A DNA stretch of 33,961 nucleotides. Source: a virus. Taxonomy: Duplodnaviria; Heunggongvirae; Uroviricota; Caudoviricetes. The DNA is taken from IMG/VR virus record IMGVR_UViG_3300037067_019759. One strand, written 5' to 3'. Below the pieces are notes generated by a model. The model was not told the origin of the DNA and did no database searches. It saw nothing but the letters and a program-made list of their open reading frames with translations. Made by a program: the position numbers and the translations under genes. Every line of letters starts with the position of its first letter. The first letter of the stretch is position 1. Of this stretch, positions 7,846 to 14,830 are shown in pieces.

Positions 7846-8115
7846 TTAGTTGATAAGTTTTTCTATATTATTATTCCATTTATTTATAATATATTTTTTG
7901 TAGTCTTTAAATATAATGGAAGATTTTGACAAAATATCATTAACTATATCGTCAATATCAAAATGCGATCCCAGCCATTCGTTAAAATCTTTATCATTAT
8001 TATCCCAGTTTCTTGCAAAATCAGGATCGTCATTCCTTAATTGCAGATATTCAGTCCGCATTTTATTTATTTCAGCGTTATACGCCTTGTCAATTTTGGG
8101 ATAAGAGTTTTCCAT
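7846..8115 (-). CDS. Early-cluster hypothetical protein (start moved to ATG 8115)
   Basis: TCAACTAACTTATAAAATT precedes ATG 8115; this start avoids overlap with the next gene. Confidence 0.7.
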   Translation of the reverse strand: MENSYPKIDKAYNAEINKMRTEYLQLRNDDPDFARNWDNNDKDFNEWLGSHFDIDDIVNDILSKSSIIFKDYKKYIINKWNNNIEKLIN

Positions 8116-8144
8116 AATTTTATAAGTTAGTTGACAAAATTGTA

Positions 8145-9107
8145 TTAGTCTATAAAAAAAGTTCCGCAAGCCGTGCATTTATTCCCGCATGGATATTCGT
8201 TTATATACGGAGCGTTGCGATGCCTTGCAAATTTCATATCGCCAAAAGTACATCCGCCAGCTTTAAAAGTCGCTTCGTACTTTGCTTCCCGTTCCGCAAA
8301 TTCTTTGGCTTGTTGGTTTTGTTTTACCGGCACGACATTATCGGGTTTATGGTTGGTAAAGTTAAAATTGGCTTCATCAAACTTTACCAGTCCGCAAACA
8401 TCCCCGCTAAAAGAATAGCCAGCGTTCCCCTCGTCATCATGCAGGTTTTCTCGGATAAATTTAAAAATGAGTTCGGTGTTGTGCATGCTTACGGAGTGGC
8501 CAGATCCATTGCTTCTATTCATAATGCAAATATCGTAATTATCTTTGAAAGTAATATATTTCCCTTTGTCGCCATATAAGTCGGAGGGGTTGGCAGTAAA
8601 GAGGATACATAATTGTCCGCCATAGCTAGCGTTAGCCACAAGTTCCCGTAAGTCTTTTTCGTTAGCGGTATAGTCAAGTTTGAGTTTTTTGGCTATTTTT
8701 TTAGCTTCTTTGGCGACATTCTGTCGTCCGTCAAAATTTTCAAGGTTAAAATTCAAATCATAGTAAAAGAATCGGCGGGAAGTATTATAGAGCAAGTCTT
8801 TTAATGGATTGCTTGTGTCAATATCATGGCAAGTTTTGTCTATTGCCATTTTTAAATCTTCATTAGCGTTTATTTCGTCCAGTTCTTCGGCGGTAAATAC
8901 TTCTTTGGATATATAATCAATAGCGTCAAATTCAGCTTCGTAATTATCAAAATTTTCAAAAAAGTTATCCATATAGCCAGTTGTCGCCAATTCTTCCATG
9001 AGTTCTTTGTTGTCGTTTAAATTGTCGTTATAGTCAATATAGGTGAGTTGTACGCCTTTCGGGTAGTATTGTTTGATTCGTTGGCTTATCGCTTCTTGTG
9101 TTAGCAT
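8145..9107 (-). CDS. 320-aa hypothetical protein with acidic N-terminal half and C-terminal Cys/His metal site
   Basis: Ends in GGCTFGDMKFARH...YPCGNKCTACGTFFID. Confidence 0.8.
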   Translation of the reverse strand: MLTQEAISQRIKQYYPKGVQLTYIDYNDNLNDNKELMEELATTGYMDNFFENFDNYEAEFDAIDYISKEVFTAEELDEINANEDLKMAIDKTCHDIDTSNPLKDLLYNTSRRFFYYDLNFNLENFDGRQNVAKEAKKIAKKLKLDYTANEKDLRELVANASYGGQLCILFTANPSDLYGDKGKYITFKDNYDICIMNRSNGSGHSVSMHNTELIFKFIRENLHDDEGNAGYSFSGDVCGLVKFDEANFNFTNHKPDNVVPVKQNQQAKEFAEREAKYEATFKAGGCTFGDMKFARHRNAPYINEYPCGNKCTACGTFFID

Positions 9108-9130
9108 AAGTTTATATTAGTATAAGTTAG

Positions 9131-9340
9131 TTAAAAGGAGTTATAGTCCCCTTTGTTAAAACTATTGATTGTGTCCAGTTTATCTTCTTCGTCCCATTCT
9201 TCCGCTTCATCACATAGTTCCTCCTCGTCTTTCCAGCCAGTTATCCAGTTCCAAAATTGGGTATCAGTCATCCGTTCGCGGATGATGTCGGTAAATTCAG
9301 CGTCAATGTCAAGGGATGGGTTGTTTTTTTTGTTTGGCAT
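9131..9340 (-). CDS. Small acidic protein
   Basis: WKDEEELCDEAEEWDEEDKLD; MP start. Confidence 0.65.
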   Translation of the reverse strand: MPNKKNNPSLDIDAEFTDIIRERMTDTQFWNWITGWKDEEELCDEAEEWDEEDKLDTINSFNKGDYNSF

Positions 9341-9669
9341 AATGGTAAAAATAATAATTAAAGTCAGGCAGAGCTTATTTGACAGATGAAAGTTTAAAAC
9401 GATCCGTGGATTGTCGTTTGCCTGTTTTATGATAGTTTAATTGCTCGCCCCGATAACAAAAGGCGGTAAGGTTGTAAAAATGTAATGTTATCGGGGGTTA
9501 GTATATTAAAATACCATAGTTGTTTATTTTGGTGTTGGTTTAGTTCAAGTCTCCGATCGTGATATAGGATTTTATTTTCAGCCAAAAAGGTTTAGTATTG
9601 TCGGCGGAAAATAAAAGATCGGGGTATAAGCGGACAAAAGTTTTAATCATAAAAAAAGATTAAAGCGTT

Positions 9670-9894
9670 TTATCTCTTTTGAATAAAATTAAATAAGTCG
9701 TCAAAAATAAAATTTATTATTGCCCGCGGTATTGGTAAATGGTTGGAATTGTCTTGCTTGTTGGTGCTGGCTTGTTCTTTGGCGGATAGTAAGGTGTGTT
9801 TAAATACCGCTTCCAGTTCTCCAAAAAAACGGTTGCTAAAAATAATCGCGAGGATTAGTTTTATTTTTGATAGTTTAAAATCAATGATATTCAT
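9670..9894 (-). CDS. Hypothetical protein
   Basis: Preceded by CTTACTTATAAAATAATAAT, a variant of the cluster leader. Confidence 0.5.
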   Translation of the reverse strand: MNIIDFKLSKIKLILAIIFSNRFFGELEAVFKHTLLSAKEQASTNKQDNSNHLPIPRAIINFIFDDLFNFIQKR

Positions 9895-10314
9895 ATTATT
9901 ATTTTATAAGTAAGCGGGGACGGATAAGCGCAAGCACGATTTAATTGTTATGGCGAGGTTATCCGTCCGCCGTCCGCTTATAAAAGCACAGAGGCAATAA
10001 GGGGCTGTTTTATTCCCCCATATCCCGTCATTACTCTACGCGCGGCCTTGCCTCCCCCAGCGCAGAATAGGGTCGGGCGAAGTTCACAAGATAATGGCGG
10101 GGTATGAGAAAGTAAAAATGGTTGTAAAATTAGGAAATGTTTTTTAAAATGAGCAAGGGTTAAAATTTGAAAGCGAAGCGGTATGTTTGTACCTTGCGAA
10201 TCGGTACAGGGCATCGTAGAGGCAAGGTTTAGCGGGTGTTTAGGGTATTGTTTGGTATAACTGTTAAAATATAGGAAAGCAAACGGGTTAATGTTAGTCA
10301 AGGATTAAAGTTAG

Positions 10315-10653
10315 TTAATAATTATCGGGATCAATTTCTCTCATTATTTTTTGGGCTTCGTATTCGTAGGCGAACCATGCAAGGAAGTTTTGGAGGTTGC
10401 CATTAGTGTTGGCAGTTTTAAGGATGCTTTCGCCTGCGGCATCTTCGTATTCTTGTAGTAGTTCGTCAATTTCGTCTGCATGGTCTTGATAAAATTTTTT
10501 GGTGTCGTTGTAATATATAAGATTACGGCAAGCCCCGCCTATACATCCGTGGCTTGCCACATCTTTAATATAAGTAATGTCGCCGTCTGCGTCTTCCAGT
10601 ATTTGGGAACGGATAGTGCCTTTGTCGGCGGTGATATCTTTTAGTGTTTTCAT
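10315..10653 (-). CDS. Acidic early protein, first gene of the leftward operon (DUF7222-like, possible Ocr-type DNA mimic)
   Basis: HGCIGG..RNLIYYNDTKKFYQDHADEI..NFLAWFAYE; 22 D/E vs 11 K/R in 112 aa (hand count). Confidence 0.7.
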   Translation of the reverse strand: MKTLKDITADKGTIRSQILEDADGDITYIKDVASHGCIGGACRNLIYYNDTKKFYQDHADEIDELLQEYEDAAGESILKTANTNGNLQNFLAWFAYEYEAQKIMREIDPDNY

Positions 10654-10699
10654 AAGTTTGTCTCATGTGTTTGCTTGCCTGTATTTTAAGTTATAGAGG

Positions 10700-10719
10700 T
10701 ATTGAGTTGTTAAGGTGCG
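10700..10719 (-). promoter_or_regulatory. boxA-like antitermination element
   Basis: Minus strand reads CGCACCTTAACAACTCAATA; 9/12 match to rrn boxA TGCTCTTTAACA; lies in the leader of the leftward operon. Confidence 0.4.
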
Positions 10720-11049
10720 GGCAGGGGCGAAGTTTGGCGGTGCAGTGGTAGGGTAATAGGTTTAGAATCGTTACGGGGGATTGTGGGGCTTTGTTTTGCG
10801 GTGTTTTTTAGTGGATATTATTATAATTCTTTGAAATATGTTAGTAATTTAACGACATATAGTTAAATTCCCGTATATTGTTATAATAATGGATTTTAAC
10901 TATATGAGAGCCAAACGACTAAAATGGTATAATATAGTGGACGAATCGTTGGGCATGTGCGTGCTATCCCGTCTGATCCGAGCCGTCCCGTAAGGGGCGG
11001 CGATGCTATATTATACTTATATAATCAGGCCTTTTGTTAGTAGTTGGTC

Positions 11050-11093
11050 AATGTTAGATATTTATAACATTAATGTTAGATATTTATAACATT
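11050..11093. repeat. Two tandem copies of a 22-bp palindromic site
   Basis: AATGTTA-gatattta-TAACATT x2, exact and abutting. Confidence 0.9.
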
Positions 11094-11187
11094 GCGGTTT
11101 TGTTGTACTTGACAAAAAGCATAATTTGTGAAAAGGTGCATTTCGTGCTTGTTATCTCTTTTTCTTTTTTTTATTCTTTACTCTTCA

Positions 11188-11216
11188 ATTATACGCCCGT
11201 TTTATTATCTTGTCAA
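11188..11216 (-). promoter_or_regulatory. Perfect consensus sigma70 promoter driving the leftward cluster
   Basis: Minus strand TTGACA(11216-11)-17 bp-TATAAT(11193-88). Confidence 0.85.
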
Positions 11217-11230
11217 GTAAATATATATTA

Positions 11231-11260
11231 AAAAAGTCCTTATTTTATAGGGCTTTTTTG
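11231..11260 (+). terminator. Terminator-like hairpin
   Basis: AAAAAGTCCT-tattttat-AGGGCTTTTT followed by a T-rich tract. Confidence 0.55.
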
Positions 11261-12025
11261 TTGTTTTTATTAAGTTGTGCATAATTTTTATTGTTATATT
11301 TTTATTTTAAATAAAGTTATGCACATATATTATTTTTTAGCTTATATTAGCATATTATTATATAACTAAGTCATATACGCCCCCACAGAGCGATTTCATT
11401 ATTAGTTGGCTATATTTGTACTCCGCGAATCGGTGCTGGTTAATTTTTAGTTTTTAATAACTGAGTATAATTGACATTATACTCCGTTTAGCTTCGCACT
11501 ATAATTGTTGTGCGAAGCTGTTTTTAATTTTATTTATTTAATATTAGCAAATCTTTTTTTGAATATATATTTTTTGAGCATATTATACTATATATAGTAG
11601 CATGGACAACAATAATTATTGTTATATATTATAATATAAACACATATATATGTTAATAAATTATAGGCAGGGGGGGGTGGTTTGTTTAGAGTGCCTTATT
11701 GCGGGTGAGTGGGTGGTATGTACGGTCCCCCCTCTCTCTTTTTCTCTTTTTTAAAATCTCCATACCTTATACCTTTTTTAGAATTCCTATACTATAACTA
11801 TAAATATTGTCCTCCTATTTATACTCACAATCAATTTCTTGCCCTACTGTATACACGTAGACGCACGTTGCACCCCTTAAAGGTCTAATCTACCGTCTAG
11901 TGTATGTTGTGCTCTTAAATAGCGTTATATCAGTGCTGCGGACCGTAGAATTGATTGTAGCAATCATTTCCTAAACACCACCCTTTATCCTAAAAATAAA
12001 AATTTTTAAATTTTTAAACTTTTTA

Positions 12026-12043
12026 TTGGATTTATGATATAAT
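12026..12043 (+). promoter_or_regulatory. Extended -10 promoter with TTGGA box
   Basis: TTGGATTTATGATATAAT. Confidence 0.7.
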
Positions 12044-12104
12044 GTTTATATCCCGCAATAACAAATAATAATCTTACACCGCTACTTTTGAAAGGATAAA
12101 AACA

Positions 12105-12182
12105 TTGAACAGAAAAGCGCGTAAAATTAGAAGAAAGTCAGGACGAACACGAACATTTAATCGTAGGTATCGAAAAAAATAG
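12105..12182 (+). CDS. 25-aa Arg/Lys-rich peptide (TTG start; not in ORF track)
   Basis: MNRKARKIRRKSGRTRTFNRRYRKK; AAAGGA upstream; first ORF after the 12026 promoter. Confidence 0.4.
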   Translation: MNRKARKIRRKSGRTRTFNRRYRKK

Positions 12183-12217
12183 TTAACATCTGTTAACTAT
12201 AAATATAGGAGGTAAAA

Positions 12218-12436
12218 ATGATCCTTAAACATTGCGGTTCTTGCCAGCAGTACTTTTTTGGAACTAATGATTATGTTTATCCATCTATTAGAGATATTCA
12301 TCTTTTAACTGCCTGCAGGCGATTAATAGAGCAGGAATGTTCTCTTTGCGCGGTGGAACGCATGAAAATTGAGCGGTTAAATATAGCCGCCGGAAATTGC
12401 GGGGCGATTGGTTTGGAGCCTCAATATCTTGAATGA
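12218..12436 (+). CDS. Cys-containing hypothetical protein
   Basis: CGSC and CSLC motifs; AGGAGGT SD at 12207-13, preceded by a 10-bp-arm palindrome at 12179-12200. Confidence 0.65.
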   Translation: MILKHCGSCQQYFFGTNDYVYPSIRDIHLLTACRRLIEQECSLCAVERMKIERLNIAAGNCGAIGLEPQYLE

Positions 12437-12580
12437 TCTTTATAGTTCTTTATTTTTAGTGCTATCGGGAGTGCCCAACCTACCAGACAAGTTTACTATT
12501 AAATTCTCTCGGGAGAATATTTAAACTCAATCATCGTTGCTCCGCTCCCTTGTTTTTTTACTTTATAATTATGAAATAAT

Positions 12581-12835
12581 ATGCTAAAATCAAATGAATT
12601 GTTTAAAAAGATTTCCGCTAAATGTGGCAATCTTGATGTTTTGGCGGTAAGAGGAGTTTATGTCGCTATGGTTAGGACCATGTTAGAGGAATTAAAAAAT
12701 GGTTATGCGGTGGATTTGCCAAACATGGGTACTTTTGAAGTTAGAAGCTATAAAAAAGGAAGAAAAAAGGATAAAATTGTTAAATATATGTTTTTTCTTT
12801 CGGATGAGACACTTAATTTTTATATAAATTCATAA
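12581..12835 (+). CDS. HU/IHF-like DNA-binding protein
   Basis: MLKSNELFKKIS...MLEELKNGYAVDLPNMGTFEVR follows the HU helix-helix-beta-arm pattern (L..G..V.L..FGTF.V). Confidence 0.75.
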   Translation: MLKSNELFKKISAKCGNLDVLAVRGVYVAMVRTMLEELKNGYAVDLPNMGTFEVRSYKKGRKKDKIVKYMFFLSDETLNFYINS

Positions 12836-12862
12836 AATCAACGAATAGTGGTAGTTGAATTT

Positions 12863-12880
12863 TTGGATTTATGGTATAAT
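12863..12880 (+). promoter_or_regulatory. Extended -10 promoter with TTGGA box
   Basis: TTGGATTTATGGTATAAT. Confidence 0.75.
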
Positions 12881-12911
12881 ACAACTGGGAGTTAATAATT
12901 ATTTTTATTTT

Positions 12912-13445
12912 ATGTCTAAAAAAACAAAAAATATAGTTCCTAATACGATGAATAATAATATTAATGGACAAAATGGATTAAAAGAAGAGCTAGAACGCAA
13001 GTTTGAACAAATAAAAAGTCAAAATGCGGGGTTGGAATCAGAAAAAATTAGCATGAAAAATAGAATTGATGGTATAAAGAGTGAAATATTGCAAGAATTT
13101 TATAAATTTTTGCAAGATAGCGGAGTTGACCTTAATAATGTTGAATCTATATCACAATTTACTCAGAAACTTGAGGCGCAAGATCCTGATTTTGTAGTAT
13201 TGTTAGAATTTATGCTTAATGGATTAGCTCCGCAAAATAATGACGCTATGGTTGGCGGTGTTCCAGTCGGTGCTGTTGGTGCTACTACTGGTAATGCCCC
13301 TGCTCCTATGCCCGGTTCCACCTCAACAGCGGTTGCTACCGGTAATATGGCTGGTAATGCGACGTTAGCGTCTAGCGGTGGCAATGCTGATAGTGGTTCT
13401 ATGTTCAGCCGATTGGATGCTTTGAAAAAAAGAGGAATAGTTTAA
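12912..13445 (+). CDS. Coiled-coil protein with Gly/Ala/Pro low-complexity tail (start moved to ATG 12912)
   Basis: The track's upstream start overlaps the promoter. Confidence 0.7.
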   Translation: MSKKTKNIVPNTMNNNINGQNGLKEELERKFEQIKSQNAGLESEKISMKNRIDGIKSEILQEFYKFLQDSGVDLNNVESISQFTQKLEAQDPDFVVLLEFMLNGLAPQNNDAMVGGVPVGAVGATTGNAPAPMPGSTSTAVATGNMAGNATLASSGGNADSGSMFSRLDALKKRGIV

Positions 13446-13618
13446 TTAATTAATATAATTTTATGGGAAAAAAGAAACCTTGTTAATATTCTATCGGTGC
13501 GATGTTTTTTGTTTTTTTTAATTGACGACGGCATAATAGCATTTCTCAATCGGAAATGTATTGTGCCGATATAATATTAAATTTAGTTCTTAAAAATCTG
13601 GGGGTTAATAAAAACTTT

Positions 13619-13882
13619 ATGGAGAACAAGACAACCACAGAGTTATTAGACCTCTTATATAAAATTGAAAATTTACCCGATGATAAGGCAGATTGGGATA
13701 AATACGAAGAAGTGCTAACAGAATTGCGAACACGAAATCCATTTAAGGAAATTATTGGCGAAAGTATGGAAAATGATGAAGCTACTTTGCAAGAGAAGGT
13801 AGAAGAATTACTAGAAGACGTAAAATTACTTAAACGCCATAAGCACGATATTAATTCAGGAGATGTATTAGTTAGAATTTAA
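13619..13882 (+). CDS. Hypothetical protein (start moved to ATG 13619)
   Basis: AAAAACTTT leader before the ATG; acidic helical protein. Confidence 0.65.
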   Translation: MENKTTTELLDLLYKIENLPDDKADWDKYEEVLTELRTRNPFKEIIGESMENDEATLQEKVEELLEDVKLLKRHKHDINSGDVLVRI

Positions 13883-13928
13883 TTATAATCAGTTAATAAA
13901 CTGATTACCCCCAGATTTTTAAAAATTT

Positions 13929-14015
13929 ATATCCTTTGCTTTCTATTGCAAGATAGAAATAGTGGAGACTGTTTTTTTGTGATGACCCTTTACTTCGGTA
14001 GAGGGCAAAGGATAT
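13929..14015 (+). ncRNA. Candidate four-way-junction structured RNA with C(UUCG)G hairpin
   Basis: Closing stem 13929-39/14005-15; arms 13940-59, 13960-71 and 13986-14005 (loop TTCG). Confidence 0.45.
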
Positions 14016-14037
14016 TAAAATATATTAAATTGTATTT

Positions 14038-14163
14038 ATGAACTCCAAGCGCCGCTTAAAATTAAAACACAAGAAAAAAGTAAAATTAAAAATGGAAAGA
14101 AAATTAAAAAATATGAAGAATAAAAATTATGACGGAATTCAAAAATTATCCGCGGGAATATGA
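14038..14163 (+). CDS. 41-aa highly basic peptide (not in ORF track)
   Basis: MNSKRRLKLKHKKKVKLKMERKLK...; overlaps the next gene by 35 nt. Confidence 0.35.
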   Translation: MNSKRRLKLKHKKKVKLKMERKLKNMKNKNYDGIQKLSAGI

Positions 14164-14830
14164 GTATGTATTTACTGATAAAGATAAGATAACTAAAAAA
14201 TGTTCCTTTGACAAAATAAGTTTTTTAGAAGATACGCCCAAGACGATTGAGGAGTATATAAAATTAATGCGCTGGTCTTATGATAAGATGGAAAAAGAAA
14301 TTTTTGACAGCTTGGTGAAAATAATTTGGTTGGAAAAAAGATTTTGTTATGACGGTCGCGCTTGCAACATATATCCTCATACTCAAGCAGCCGGTAATTA
14401 TGTTCCTTATAAAACTTTTATTTTAAATTATATTGGGCGCAATCGTTATGCTTGGTTCCATGGGTTGCATGGTAATTTTAATCGTATTGTTTCTTATATT
14501 GATTCTTTTTTTCCATATTTTTTAAAAGGTAATCCATTTGAAGGTGGATATGAATATCCCTACCAATACATGAATTTTGAATGTTTAATGTTGGTTTACC
14601 AAATGCCGGAACGATTAGATTTGCTTGCTTACGCTGATTCTAAAAAAATGGGATATGCTGAATTTTTTGATTATATTTTAAATTATATTAATTGTTATAA
14701 TGATGAAAAAAAAGAAGAAATATATAATTTAATTTATTTTGGATATTATTTAGCTCCTTATGTTAAATATAAATATAATAAAGATAAATTAACCGGAAGA
14801 TTTTTTTACATTAAGAAAGAAAAAAAATAA
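14129..14830 (+). CDS. Hypothetical protein, Tyr/Phe-rich, 233 aa
   Basis: Long ORF with no recognised motif. Confidence 0.75.
   Translation: MTEFKNYPREYEYVFTDKDKITKKCSFDKISFLEDTPKTIEEYIKLMRWSYDKMEKEIFDSLVKIIWLEKRFCYDGRACNIYPHTQAAGNYVPYKTFILNYIGRNRYAWFHGLHGNFNRIVSYIDSFFPYFLKGNPFEGGYEYPYQYMNFECLMLVYQMPERLDLLAYADSKKMGYAEFFDYILNYINCYNDEKKEEIYNLIYFGYYLAPYVKYKYNKDKLTGRFFYIKKEKK

Noticed and set aside
9978-10301. 107-aa minus-strand ORF with TTG start
   Set aside because: Atypical composition, and it coincides with the hairpin array. A CTAACTTTAATCC leader does precede it, so it is not fully excluded.
10962-11008. Canonical hammerhead ribozyme
   Set aside because: The core has a 2-nt insertion and lacks GAAA; kept only as a low-interest finding.
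11109-11114. Plus-strand TTGACA as a promoter (also near 6696, 8131, 9379 and 11471)
   Set aside because: No -10 hexamer at 16-18 bp spacing.
11670-11716. G-quadruplex
   Set aside because: It needs the G8 run to supply two tracts and a >20-nt loop; weak, and it adds nothing beyond the skew-flip observation.
13929-14015. tRNA gene
   Set aside because: TTCG is a tetraloop rather than a 7-nt T loop, there are no D-loop GG or anticodon-arm features, and there is no CCA.
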